Assembly (NCBI GenBank): GCA_963770895.1
Contig: CAVYRF010000002.1
Coordinates: 2,272,001-2,336,000 of the forward strand
Origin: an uncultured Acidobacteriota bacterium
Lineage (GTDB): Bacteria; Acidobacteriota; Thermoanaerobaculia; Multivoradales; UBA5704
Direction: 5' to 3'
Length of the DNA stretch: 64,000 nt
In this document: positions 9,226-20,576 of the stretch, one piece after another
How the letters are laid out: each line of letters opens with the position of its first letter
How positions within the stretch are numbered: position 1 is the stretch's first letter
Program-made: the position numbers and the translations under genes
Notes under the pieces: model-generated
What the model saw: only the letters and a program-made list of their open reading frames with translations
Databases searched by the model: none
Told to the model about the DNA's origin: nothing

Positions 9226-11310
9226 TCACGGCGCCACCTCCACCTGGTGCAGCGCCAGGGCGGTGCCGGCGGGGAGGCCCGCGGCCAGGTCGATGCGGAT
9301 GCGGGCGAAGCTGTCGGGGTGCGGCAGGAGCAGGCGGCAGCGGTAGCGTTGGCCCAGGAAGGGGCCGGCGACCCACGACACCCAGGGCGCCGGCGAGTGC
9401 AGGCGGGCGGCGGCCGCGACGTCGGGGCGCCGCGCCGACCATTCGCCGGTGTCGCGGCCGGCGCGCAGCTCCAGGTCCTGCGTGGCGCCGGTGGCGAGCA
9501 GCTGAACGTGCGCCACGAGCGTGCCGTCGGCCAGGCCGGCGGCGTTGATCAGGTCGCTCTGCACCGCCAGGATGGCCGTGCGCCGCGGGCTGATCTCCGC
9601 GATCCACGAGGGATGGGCGCGATCGAGCAGCACCGTCTCGCCGGCGGCAAGCAGGCTCAGCCTGGGGTGGGTCAGGCTCGGCAGCAGGAGCGCCGCCAGC
9701 AGGGTTGCCGCGGTCGCCGTGGCGGCCATGCGTGCCTGCCGCGCCGCGGGCCGCCGCCGTCCCAGCGCCAGGGCTCCGCCCAGCAGCAGTGCGGCGCCGG
9801 CAAGGGCAATCGCCGAGCGCGGGCCGGCGGTGGCGCCGAAGAGGCCCAGAGCGTCCGCCAGCGGATCGCGGCGCAGCCAGGGATATGCGGCGAGCAGCGC
9901 GGTGGCGCCCAGCAGGGCTGCGCTCCACGCCGCGGCGATTCCCGCCGCGACGCCGGTCGCGGGCAGCGCCAGCGCCGCCAGCGCGATCGGCGCCGCCAGC
10001 ACGGACCGGTCGGGTAGCCAGGGGGTCGCGAATGCGACCAGCAGGGCGGCGGCCAGGCGCCATCGCCGCCAGGCCCCGGCGCTGGCGGCCGCCCTCTGGG
10101 CCGACCCGCGAGCGCCGTCGCCGCCGCCGGCGGGATCCGGATGTTCGCCGGTGCCCCATCCGCAGGCGACGATTGCCGCCGCGGGCACCAGGAGCAGCAG
10201 CCACGCCGCGCTCGACGCGCCTTCGCGCCAGGAGGCATGGGCCGCCAGCGCTCCCGGCAGCGGACCGAAGCGGCTGAGGAGGGCAAGCGGCACCGCGGCG
10301 CCGAGCGCGATCGCAGGGCGCGCCAGCGCCAGGGCGGCGAGCGCCGCCGCCCACCCCGAGCGCGGCTGCCAGACCACCGGCAGCAGCAGGGCGGCGACCG
10401 CGGCGCCGGAGCGCAAGATCGCGCCACCGGGCCGCCCACGGTCGCCGAACCCGGTCAGCCTGCCGCCGCCACCGGATGCGGTTCGCTCGCTGCGGCTGCC
10501 GGATGCGGCCAGCTGGCCGCCGGGGCCAGGTGCCGCCAGCTCACTGCCGCCAGCAGGAGCGGCCAGCTGGCTGCCGCCGGCGAGCGCGATCAGGGCAAGG
10601 GTGGTCGCCACCGTCCAGCCGGGGGCGAGCGCGGCGGCCGCGGCGCCGGCAGCCAGGGCGGGCAGCGCGCCGTAACGCCGCCACAACAGGGCCAGCGCCG
10701 CGCCGGCGGCGAGCGGCAAGGCAACCAGCGCCGCCCAGGGCCGCGCACCGGCCACGCCCGTTGCGCCCGCCGCGCCGATCGCGAGCAGCAGCTCGCCGCG
10801 CAACAAAACCTGGCAGCCCAGACACAGCGCGCATGCCGCAACCAGGTGGCCTTGCCACCCGCGCGCCGCGCCTGCCCTTTCCGGCACGACCGGCACCACG
10901 GCCGAGTCCGTCCCCCGCTCTTCCCACCGCCGCCGGCGATCCGTGGCCGCGATCAGGCGTCGCGCGGCGGTCAGGGCCAGGCAGGCGGTCAGCACCAGGA
11001 CCACGGCCGCGCCGCGCAGCGGACCAGCCGGCAGAGCCCAGGCAGCGGTGACGGCGAGCGTCGCCCCCAGCCCCAGCTCGGCATCCGCAGAAGCCGCCAG
11101 CGCGCCCCCAGGTCTGCGCCCACCGCCGGTGCCCGCCGGCGCCAGGACCGCGACAGCCAGCAGGATCCCGGCCGTCAGGCGCGCCAGGTACAGACCCTCG
11201 GCGGCAGCGGCGGGATCGGTTTCGTGGACAGCGAAGGCAGCGATGGCGGCCGGCGCGGCGGCGGCGACCGCCGCCCTGGACAGCCAGCGTTGAATGGAAG
11301 GGGATCGCAC
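9226..11310 (-). CDS. Ala/Leu-rich polytopic membrane protein with small C-terminal soluble domain
   Basis: Long hydrophobic ORF collinear with the GT cluster; C-terminal [10 protein letters not shown] segment; start uncertain. Confidence 0.6.
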   Translation of the reverse strand: MRSPSIQRWLSRAAVAAAAPAAIAAFAVHETDPAAAAEGLYLARLTAGILLAVAVLAPAGTGGGRRPGGALAASADAELGLGATLAVTAAWALPAGPLRGAAVVLVLTACLALTAARRLIAATDRRRRWEERGTDSAVVPVVPERAGAARGWQGHLVAACALCLGCQVLLRGELLLAIGAAGATGVAGARPWAALVALPLAAGAALALLWRRYGALPALAAGAAAAALAPGWTVATTLALIALAGGSQLAAPAGGSELAAPGPGGQLAASGSRSERTASGGGGRLTGFGDRGRPGGAILRSGAAVAALLLPVVWQPRSGWAAALAALALARPAIALGAAVPLALLSRFGPLPGALAAHASWREGASSAAWLLLLVPAAAIVACGWGTGEHPDPAGGGDGARGSAQRAAASAGAWRRWRLAAALLVAFATPWLPDRSVLAAPIALAALALPATGVAAGIAAAWSAALLGATALLAAYPWLRRDPLADALGLFGATAGPRSAIALAGAALLLGGALALGRRRPAARQARMAATATAATLLAALLLPSLTHPRLSLLAAGETVLLDRAHPSWIAEISPRRTAILAVQSDLINAAGLADGTLVAHVQLLATGATQDLELRAGRDTGEWSARRPDVAAAARLHSPAPWVSWVAGPFLGQRYRCRLLLPHPDSFARIRIDLAAGLPAGTALALHQVEVAP

Positions 11311-11397
11311 GCGGCGCAGCGCCAGCCTGGTTGGACGACGTCGAGGTGCTGAGAGTGTAGACGCCCGCTCCCATGGGCCGCAACTGCGCCGGGCTCA

Positions 11398-11433
11398 GGC
11401 GGCTGGGGCGGCTGGGGCGGCTCGGGCGGCCGG
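11398..11433. repeat. 9-bp tandem repeat (GGCGGCTGG-like, about 4 copies) in divergent intergenic region
   Basis: ggcggctgg ggcggctgg ggcggctcg ggcggccgg. Confidence 0.5.
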
Positions 11434-11500
11434 GGGGGCCGGGTTGCCGCGGCCGGCCGGGTTTCGCGCCGGGGCTTTGGGCGGGGTAGACTTCCCGGCC

Positions 11501-12881
<1,381 letters not shown>

Positions 12882-12901
12882 TGTTTTCTGCCGCCGGGCC
12901 G

Positions 12902-13510
12902 TCAGGGCTTTTCGCGGGTGAAGTCGGCGATCCAATTGGTTTCCCAGGTGGTGCCGCCGTCGGCTGAAAAGGCCTGCTCCCAGCGTGCGGTGTCGCGGTT
13001 TTTGACGGTCCAGCGGAAGCGCACGATGACGCTCTGGCCGTTGATCTCTTCCTGATCGAAGAAGTCGCCGCGGCCGTCCGCCTTGAACTTGCCGACGGTG
13101 GCGGGCAGGGCCATGACGCCGCTGGACTGGTTGGCCCAATAGATGCTCCACTGGTGGGTCTTGGTGTTGTAGGTGCGCACGGTCAAGCCCTCCATGTGGC
13201 CTGACGGCGTGTCGGCTTCCAGCTCGTCCATGTTGGCGCGGCCGTCCCAGATCGGCTTGGCGATGACGGTGCTGTCGAACTCCACCCAGGTGTTGGAACC
13301 GGTGAGCGGCTTGAGCAGCCGCCGGTTGTGGCCCTTCCAGCGGCCGAACTCGAAGTCGAAGTCGTGCTGGCCGTCGCGCTCCTCGGCCACCGTCGGCGCA
13401 CCGGCCGGCGCTCCGCCCGGGCTGGCCTGCGCCAGCGCCGGCGCCGTGCAGGCCGCCACGATCACAGCTCCCCACGCCAACGAGATTTGAAGACGCTTTG
13501 CGATTTGCAT
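12902..13510 (-). CDS. Exported DUF1579-like protein
   Basis: Signal peptide; DFDFEFGRW...WEQAFSADGGTTWETNW; GGAGA RBS before ATG 13510. Confidence 0.7.
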   Translation of the reverse strand: MQIAKRLQISLAWGAVIVAACTAPALAQASPGGAPAGAPTVAEERDGQHDFDFEFGRWKGHNRRLLKPLTGSNTWVEFDSTVIAKPIWDGRANMDELEADTPSGHMEGLTVRTYNTKTHQWSIYWANQSSGVMALPATVGKFKADGRGDFFDQEEINGQSVIVRFRWTVKNRDTARWEQAFSADGGTTWETNWIADFTREKP

Positions 13511-13701
13511 TGCCGGTTCTCCCAATGAGGGCCGCATGGTTCCCGGCGGTTTCGTCCGCCTTCTTCAGCGGCTGTCTGCGGAGCACTCTAGGGGGTCAAT
13601 AGGACAGGAACGACCCTAATTGCTCTGCGTCTTGCGAAGAGCTCGGCGCCGCCCCTATGACAGAATTGTTCTCGCAATCGCGCAACTTTCGCGGAGGTCC
13701 A

Positions 13702-16700
13702 ATGCGCAGCTGTCTGTTCGTGGCAATCTGGCTGCTCGCCCTGGCCGCCACTCGTCCGGCAGAGGCGGCGCCGGCCGCGGACGCAACGGCAAGCGCCGCG
13801 CCGCCCGGCGCAACCTCCGCCGCGGCCTCCGCGACCCCGACAGCCGCCGCTCCTCTCGACGTGGCGAGCCTGGGCAAGGCGATCGACGCCGCGGCGCTCG
13901 ATCCGGCCGGGGCGGTGGCGGTCAACCACCTGGCGCTGAGCGCCGGACCTGCCAGGGTGGAGCTGACGAGCGGCGTGCTGATCCCGGCGGCGCGGCTGGG
14001 TGGGCGGACGATCGAGCTGGTCTTCGTCGGCGCCGGCCGCGTCACCCTCGACCCACCCGACGCCATCGAGGCCAACCAGCTGGACCTGTTCACGGCGCGG
14101 CCGCGGCTCGATGAAAACGTCACCGCCGCGGTGCTGGTGCTCGGCTTGGACAGCGCCGCCGCCTCGCTGCTGCGCCGGCCGCCGTCGGCGCCGGGCGCCG
14201 CGGACCTGGCCACGGCCCAGGACCTGTTTGCGGCATGGAAGAAGCGCGAGCGCCGGGTGATGGGCGTCGAAGGGCGCATTCTGTCCCGCGCCGCCGGCGA
14301 CCCCGCGCTGGCCGGGTACTTTGCCGCCCTGTGCCGCGGCGCGCGGCTGGGCGAGTTCCTGTACGTGTTCGACCCCCAGGCGCAGGAACAGGTGACGCTC
14401 GGCCGCTTCGTGCCGCTCGACCCGACGGCGAAGCAGAAAAAGGAGCTGCTCAAGGAGCTGGCGCGCGAGCAGCGCAAGGGCCGCCTGATGGGCATGGACC
14501 TGGACGAGCTGGGCACCTGGGACACCTGGGTCGGCGCCTCGCCGCGCGACGCGCAGGGGCGGCAGCTGCCGGGCGCGGCGGCGTTCGAGCCGCGGCTCTA
14601 CGAGCTGGATACCACGCTGGCCAAGGACCTGCGCTTGAGCGGCAAGGCGCGCATCGAGCTGGTGCCGGTGGTGGAGGGAGCGCGCACGGTGGACCTGCGG
14701 CTGGACCGCAACCTGACGGTCAGCCGCGTCAGCCTCGACGCGCCTGGCGCGACGAATGCGACGAGCGCGACGAGCGCGACGAATGCGACGAATGCGGCGA
14801 ACGCGACGAATGCGATCGGCGCCGCGGGTGCGGCAAGCTCCAACCTGCCGTTCCGCTGCACCGGCGGCGACCTCACCGTGGTGCTGCCGCGGGCCTTCGG
14901 CAAGGGCGAGGTGGTGGGCCTGACGGTCGAGTACGCCGGTTCGGTGATCCAGACCGACGACGGCGCCTCGACGCTGCTCAACACCACGGCCTGGTACCCG
15001 CACGCTGGCGAGATCGATCGGGCGCGCTATACGGCGACCTTCCACTGGCCGCGCAGCTACAGCCTGCTGGCGTCCGGGCATCGCCTGGCGGGCGGCGACG
15101 CCAGCGGCGGGCAGCAGTGGGAAAAGCGCGCCATCGAACAGCCGACGGTCGCCTTCTCCTTCGAGATCGGCAAGTTCAGGTTGCAGACGGTGCAGGCCGG
15201 CCACGTGCGCATCACCATCGGTCTGGACCAGGCGGTGGCACGGCTGCTGACCGCCGACGTGCGCGAACAGATCCAGCACACGGCGGCCGACGCGCTGAGC
15301 TATTACGAGACCGTCTTCGGGCCCTACCCCTTCGACGAGCTGGCGGTGGCCACCTCGCTGCGTGATTTCTCGCAGGGCACGCAGGGCCTGGTGACGCTGT
15401 CCGACGAGATGCTCCTGGACTTCGGCTTCTACTCGAACCTGTACGGCCTGCCGGACCGCCGCGCCGTCATCGCGCACGAGCTGGCCCATCAATGGTGGGG
15501 CGACGGGGTGGGCTGGGCCAGCTACCGCGACCAGTGGATCAGCGAGGCCCTGGCGTCCTACTGCGCCTTGCGCTATATCGCTCATGCCGGGCTCGACCAT
15601 GAGGTGATCGGATTGACCGCGCAGTGGCAACAGACGCTGACCGATACCATCGCCCAGGGCCGCGACGTCGAGTCGATCGGGCCGGTGGTGCTCGGCGCGC
15701 GCCTGTCGTCCAGCCTGTCGAGCAGCGCCTACGAGGCGATCGTCTATGACAAGGGCACGGTGGTGCTGAAGACGCTGGAAGCGACGCTGGGGCCGGACGC
15801 CATGTTGCGCGCCCTGGTCAAGGTCTATCGGCAGAATCTCAACCAGACCCTGTCCACCCAGGACCTGGTGAGCCAGCTGGGCGCCGCCGCGAGCACCGAC
15901 CTGTCGGCCTTTGCCGACCAGTTCATCTACGGCACCGGGCTGCGCACGATCCTCTATTCGTACCATTTCAAGCCGCTCGGCGCGGGCACCTTCCAGGTCG
16001 CGGGCACGACGCGGCAGGAGACGCCGCGCCACTATCGCTATCGCGTGGTGAGATCCGCCGCCGGCGCCCTGGACGTGCAGCGCGAACCGATCCGCGAGCG
16101 GGCGGCCGCCGCCCCGCCGCTGGCGGTGCCGGCCGACATCGAAGTCGTCGATCCGTCCCTGCCGCCGGCCAAAAAGGGCGCCGCCAACGCCACCGTGCAC
16201 GGCCGCTTCTGGGTGCGCGGCCAGGCGAGCGATTTCGCCATCGAGGTGCACGGCGAGCCCAAGGCCTTCTACCTGGATCGCCAAGCCGACGTCTTCGCCC
16301 GCTTCTACGACGAGGAGCGCCATCCGCGGCTGTCCCTGCTGGTTGCGGCGCGCATCGCCGCCGACCAGGACCAGGCGGCCGATGCCGAGTCGCTGCTCGC
16401 CAAGGCACTGGCGACCGACGACAAGGACGAATCCAACCGCTGGTACGAGCACGGCGCGCTGTTCCGCGACCACGGCCAGACCCAGCGCCTGCTGACGGTG
16501 GAGATCCAGCTTTCCCGCGCCCGTCTCTTCCTGCAGCAGGGGCGCGACGCCGACGCCAAGGCGGCGCTGGACGGCGCCGGCGAGGCGGGCGCCTACCAGC
16601 TGGGCGACGACCGCGACCTGCTGCTGGCGTGGCTCGATCTCCACCTCGGCCGCTTCGACAGCGCCTTTCGCCGCCTGCGTGACAGCCAGATCGACTCTGC

Positions 16701-16851
16701 CGAAGCGACGTTGCTGCTGGCCATCGCCGCCCAGGCCACCGGCCACCACCAGGAGCTGGAGGCCGCCCTGAAGGCCGCCCGCCGTCAGGGCGCCGACGCC
16801 ACCCTGCTGCAGCCGGCCGCCGCCGCCGGCGCCCATGCGGGTGTCAACTAG
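13702..16851 (+). CDS. Secreted M1-family zinc aminopeptidase with C-terminal TPR-like helices
   Basis: Signal peptide; HELAHQWWG-...-WISE (HEXXH-x18-E); VYDKG; GGAGG RBS. Confidence 0.85.
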   Translation: MRSCLFVAIWLLALAATRPAEAAPAADATASAAPPGATSAAASATPTAAAPLDVASLGKAIDAAALDPAGAVAVNHLALSAGPARVELTSGVLIPAARLGGRTIELVFVGAGRVTLDPPDAIEANQLDLFTARPRLDENVTAAVLVLGLDSAAASLLRRPPSAPGAADLATAQDLFAAWKKRERRVMGVEGRILSRAAGDPALAGYFAALCRGARLGEFLYVFDPQAQEQVTLGRFVPLDPTAKQKKELLKELAREQRKGRLMGMDLDELGTWDTWVGASPRDAQGRQLPGAAAFEPRLYELDTTLAKDLRLSGKARIELVPVVEGARTVDLRLDRNLTVSRVSLDAPGATNATSATSATNATNAANATNAIGAAGAASSNLPFRCTGGDLTVVLPRAFGKGEVVGLTVEYAGSVIQTDDGASTLLNTTAWYPHAGEIDRARYTATFHWPRSYSLLASGHRLAGGDASGGQQWEKRAIEQPTVAFSFEIGKFRLQTVQAGHVRITIGLDQAVARLLTADVREQIQHTAADALSYYETVFGPYPFDELAVATSLRDFSQGTQGLVTLSDEMLLDFGFYSNLYGLPDRRAVIAHELAHQWWGDGVGWASYRDQWISEALASYCALRYIAHAGLDHEVIGLTAQWQQTLTDTIAQGRDVESIGPVVLGARLSSSLSSSAYEAIVYDKGTVVLKTLEATLGPDAMLRALVKVYRQNLNQTLSTQDLVSQLGAAASTDLSAFADQFIYGTGLRTILYSYHFKPLGAGTFQVAGTTRQETPRHYRYRVVRSAAGALDVQREPIRERAAAAPPLAVPADIEVVDPSLPPAKKGAANATVHGRFWVRGQASDFAIEVHGEPKAFYLDRQADVFARFYDEERHPRLSLLVAARIAADQDQAADAESLLAKALATDDKDESNRWYEHGALFRDHGQTQRLLTVEIQLSRARLFLQQGRDADAKAALDGAGEAGAYQLGDDRDLLLAWLDLHLGRFDSAFRRLRDSQIDSAEATLLLAIAAQATGHHQELEAALKAARRQGADATLLQPAAAAGAHAGVN
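14748..14814 (+). repeat. In-frame 9-bp tandem repeat (GCGACGAAT/GCGACGAGC) encoding ATNATSATSATNATNAANATNA
   Basis: Directly visible tandem units. Confidence 0.85.
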
Positions 16852-16854
16852 CGA

Positions 16855-19377
16855 GTGGGAACCGCAAGGGCAAGCAGGCTCGTTGCCGCGCCGGCCGCTC
16901 CGGCGCTGCTTGGCGCGGCGTGGGTCGCGGCGCTGTGGGGCGAGCTGGCGCTGCCCGGCGTGGCGCTGGCCAATCGCGACATCGCGGGGTTCCACCTGCC
17001 GCTGCGCACCTGCCTGGTGCGGCTGGCGGCACTCGGCTGGCCGCTGTGGAACCCCTGGCTGACCGGCGGCCAGCCGGTGCTGTCCAATCCCAACTACGCG
17101 GCGCTCTATCCGCCCACCTGGCTGGCCTGGGCGCTGGGGCCGCTCTATTCGCTCAATTGGCTGGTGCTGATCCACGGCGGCATCGCGTTTGCCGGCGCCT
17201 GGACGCTGGCGCGGCGCCTGGGTGGCGGGCGCGCCGCGGCGGCGCTGGCGGCGATCGGGTACAGCGGCTGCGGCGCCTACGTTTCGCTGCTCAACGCCTT
17301 CACCATGTTCACCAGCATGGCCTGGTTCCCGTGGGTGCTGGCGGGCGCCGCGGCGGCGGTCGAGCGCGCCGAGCGCCGGGCGTGGCTGCCCGCGGCGCTC
17401 CTGGGCGGCGGCGCCTGGGGGTTGCAGGTGCTGGGCGGCGATCCGGTGTGCGAGCTGATGACCGGCATCGCGGTGCTGCTGCTGGGGCTGGCGACGGCGG
17501 TGCGGCGGCCGCCAGGACCCCTGGGGGTGCGGCGGGCGGCGCGCCTGCTGGTGGTCCTGGGGTTCGCACTGGCGGTGTCCGCCGTGCAGCTGCTGCCGGC
17601 CGCGCAGCGGCTCGCCGGCTCCACGCGCGCGCGCGGCCTGGCCGCCGCGCGCGCCGCCGACTGGTCGCTGCCGCCGGCGCGTCTGGGCGAGGTGGTGTTC
17701 CCCAGGCTGTTCGGCGACCCGGCGCGGTCCAAGGAGGGGCTGTATTTTGGCGGCGGCCTGGATCCGCGCGGCGAGCCCTACGTGGCCTCGCTCTATCCGG
17801 GCCTGCTGCTGGCGGTCGTCGGGCTGGGTGCGCTTCTGAGCGGCGCCGGCGGCGCTCCTGGCTCCGCCTCCGCCCCCTTGTCCGCCCCCGTTCCGCGCCT
17901 GCCGCTGCGCGCCGTGTGGGCGGGCGGCGCGGCGGTCGGGTTCGGGCTGGCGCTGGGGCGTCACAATCCGCTGAACGCGCCGCTGCTGGCGCTGCTGCCG
18001 GCGTTCGCGGTGCAGCGTTTCGCGGAAAAGTACGCGGTTCTGGGCGTCGCCTGCCTGGTGTTCGCCGGCGCCCTGGGCTGGCAGCGCCTGCTCGCCGCCG
18101 CCGGCCCGGCGCGCCGCCGGGCGAGCGCCCTGCCCTGGGCGCTGGCCCTGGCGGTGTGCGCCGTCGCGGCCCTGGCGCTCGCCCTGCTGGGCGCGCGTCC
18201 CGGCGCGGTGCTCGAGCTGCTGCGGCGGTCCGGTCTGTCGGCGCCGCCGGACCTGGCGCTGGCGGCCCTGCGGCGGGAGGCGCGCACGGCGCTGGCGCTG
18301 GCGCTGAGCGTCGCCGCGCTGCTGACCGCCCTGCGCCGCGGCTGGCTGGCGCCGCCGGCGCTGTCGCGGCTGGCCGTGGCGCTGCTGGCGGCGGACCTGT
18401 GGATGTACTGCCACGGCCTGGCCGCCGTCGTGCCGGCCGCCGAGTACGCCGCCGCGCCGGTCCTGGCCGCCCGCCTGCCGGCCGGCGAGCCGATCTTTGT
18501 CGATCCCGCCGCCAGCCGCGGGCCGCGGGCGATGCAGGCCGGCGTGCCGCCCGAGGTGGCGGCGCTGCGCTCTCAGCTGTCGTCGTTGCTGCCCTACACG
18601 CCGGTGCTGTGGGGCATCCCCTACGCCCTCAACCCCGACTACGACGTCACCGCGACGCGCTGGTCGCAGCTGGCGATCGGCGCCATGGAGGGCGACCGCC
18701 GCACCGCGCCGCAGCTGGTGCTGCGCCAGGCGGGGGCGTGGGGCGCCGCCACCGTCCTGGTGCGCAAGCCCGACGCCGCGTGGCTGCGCGAGCTGGCGGT
18801 CGACGGCGGCGCCCCGCCGCTCGTGGCGCTGGCCGATCCCTTCCGCCTGCCGCGGCTGCGCTTCGTGCCGCGGGTGACGGTGCACGGCAGCTATCGCGAA
18901 GCGTTGGCGGCGGCGCGCGCCGAGGGCTACGACGTGGGCCGGTCCGAGCACCGCTGGCAGGCTGGCGGCGCGGCGCGCGTGGAGGATTACGCCGCGGACG
19001 CGACGCTGGTCGCCCAGGCCGATACCGGCGGCCGGCTGCGGCTACGCTACCGGGCCGGGGGGGCGGGCTTTCTGGTCGTCGCAACCACCTTCGATCCGGG
19101 GTGGCACGCAATCGTGGACGGGCGGGACGACGGCCGCGGTGCCCCAGACGGTGGGCAGGCCGGCGGCAGGGCCCTGCCGCCGGTGCCGACGGCCCTCTGC
19201 CAGCTGGCCGTGGCGGTGCCGGCGGGCGACCACCGGCTGGAGCTTGCCTATCGCGAACCGCTGCTGCCGGCGGGGGCCGCCGTCAGCTTGCTGGCGCTGG
19301 TCGCCGGCGCCGCGACGCTGGCCTGGTGCCGCCGGGCCGCGGCGCCCGAGCTTCAGCCTTCCCAGTCCCAGAAATAG
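16855..19377 (+). CDS. YfhO-like GT-C membrane glycosyltransferase
   Basis: PLWNPWLTGGQP...YPP motif, many TMs, C-terminal FDPGWHAIVDG...VPAGDHRLELAY. Confidence 0.78.
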   Translation: MGTARASRLVAAPAAPALLGAAWVAALWGELALPGVALANRDIAGFHLPLRTCLVRLAALGWPLWNPWLTGGQPVLSNPNYAALYPPTWLAWALGPLYSLNWLVLIHGGIAFAGAWTLARRLGGGRAAAALAAIGYSGCGAYVSLLNAFTMFTSMAWFPWVLAGAAAAVERAERRAWLPAALLGGGAWGLQVLGGDPVCELMTGIAVLLLGLATAVRRPPGPLGVRRAARLLVVLGFALAVSAVQLLPAAQRLAGSTRARGLAAARAADWSLPPARLGEVVFPRLFGDPARSKEGLYFGGGLDPRGEPYVASLYPGLLLAVVGLGALLSGAGGAPGSASAPLSAPVPRLPLRAVWAGGAAVGFGLALGRHNPLNAPLLALLPAFAVQRFAEKYAVLGVACLVFAGALGWQRLLAAAGPARRRASALPWALALAVCAVAALALALLGARPGAVLELLRRSGLSAPPDLALAALRREARTALALALSVAALLTALRRGWLAPPALSRLAVALLAADLWMYCHGLAAVVPAAEYAAAPVLAARLPAGEPIFVDPAASRGPRAMQAGVPPEVAALRSQLSSLLPYTPVLWGIPYALNPDYDVTATRWSQLAIGAMEGDRRTAPQLVLRQAGAWGAATVLVRKPDAAWLRELAVDGGAPPLVALADPFRLPRLRFVPRVTVHGSYREALAAARAEGYDVGRSEHRWQAGGAARVEDYAADATLVAQADTGGRLRLRYRAGGAGFLVVATTFDPGWHAIVDGRDDGRGAPDGGQAGGRALPPVPTALCQLAVAVPAGDHRLELAYREPLLPAGAAVSLLALVAGAATLAWCRRAAAPELQPSQSQK

Positions 19378-20435
19378 TCTTTGTTGGTGAGCGCGGCTTC
19401 TTCTTCGACGGCGCCGCCGCCGTCACCCGGGTCGCCGTCCGCCGCCGGCGCCGCCAGCTCGCCGCGCACCAGCGCCAGCTGCTCTTCGAGGTCGTCGGTC
19501 TCGCGCTGCCAGTATTCCGGAGCGCCGAACTGCGGCCAGGCCGCCGGAAACGCCGGGTCGTGCCAGCGCCGCGCCAGCCAGGCGGCGTAGTGGATGACCC
19601 GCAGGCCGCGCAACGGCTCGATCAGCCGCAGCGTCGAGCGGTCGAACAGACGGAACTGCTCGTACCCTTCGAGGAAGCGGTCGCACAGCGAACGGGCGAA
19701 CGCGTCGCGCCCCGGCAGCGCCAGCCAGACGTCCTGCACCGCGGGCCCCACCGTCATGTCGTCGAAGTCGAGCACGCGCAGCACGCCGTCGCGCAGCAGG
19801 ATGTTGCCCAGGTGCAGGTCGCCGTGCAGGCGGTGGATCTGCGCCGGGTCGAGCTCCGCCAGCGCGCCGTCCAGGGCGGTGGCGATCCCCAGGGCGGCGT
19901 CGCAATAGCGGTTGCGGAGGTGCGCCGGCAGGGTGCCGTGGTCGGCGAGCCACGCCACGTCGTCGCGGATGAAGGTATCGGCAGTCAGGCGCAGGCGGTG
20001 GGGCGCCGGTTGGCGCGCGGCGACGTTGTGCAGCCTGCCGACCAGCATGCCCAGGCGGTGGGCGGTCGCGGCGGTCAGCTCGTCGGGAGCCCGGCCGCCG
20101 CTGCGGTCGGCGAGGCTGTAATAGATGTCGTCGATGCTGTGCAGGGTGCTGCCGTCGGGGAACGGCCGCACCGGGCAGACGGGCACTTCTTCGGCTTCCA
20201 GCTGGTGCAGAAACTGGTGCTCTTCGAGGATCTGCTGCTGGCTCCAGCGGCCGGGCCGGTAGAACTTGGCGACGATGCGCGAGCGGTCTTCCAGCTCGAC
20301 TTCGTAGACCCGGTTCTCGAAGGAGTTGAGCGGGTAGCAGACCGGGTTGCAGTGCAGGCCGGCCGCTTCGACGGCGGCGAGCACCCGCTCGGGCGTCAAC
20401 GTCAGGAACAGATCGGTGGCCGGCGCGACCTCCAT
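19353..20435 (-). CDS. srkA: Stress response Ser/Thr kinase SrkA/RdoA
   Basis: LNSFENRVY, KFYRPGRWS, EEHQF, HGDLHLGN, DFDD, RWHDPAFP. Confidence 0.9.
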   Translation of the reverse strand: MEVAPATDLFLTLTPERVLAAVEAAGLHCNPVCYPLNSFENRVYEVELEDRSRIVAKFYRPGRWSQQQILEEHQFLHQLEAEEVPVCPVRPFPDGSTLHSIDDIYYSLADRSGGRAPDELTAATAHRLGMLVGRLHNVAARQPAPHRLRLTADTFIRDDVAWLADHGTLPAHLRNRYCDAALGIATALDGALAELDPAQIHRLHGDLHLGNILLRDGVLRVLDFDDMTVGPAVQDVWLALPGRDAFARSLCDRFLEGYEQFRLFDRSTLRLIEPLRGLRVIHYAAWLARRWHDPAFPAAWPQFGAPEYWQRETDDLEEQLALVRGELAAPAADGDPGDGGGAVEEEAALTNKDYFWDWEG

Positions 20436-20576
20436 GCTCGCAATCTAGCACGAGCGCCAGGAACGATTGCCGGGAGGTGAAAAAAGGTGGGCGTCCCCAG
20501 GTGAAGCTGCGCGAGTTTTGTAATACACTCGGCGCGACTCGCCGCAGCCAGTTGACCTCTACCGAGTGGAGAACGT

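Noticed and set aside
13588-18951. Very long antisense or alternate-frame ORFs (e.g. 13588-18951, 39817-46245, 37602-40340)
   Set aside because: Shadow ORFs expected in very GC-rich DNA; Arg/Gly/Ala-rich, no motifs, and overlapping well-supported genes
19353-19377. 25-nt convergent overlap of the YfhO-like gene and srkA
   Set aside because: Short tail-to-tail overlaps are common in GC-rich genomes
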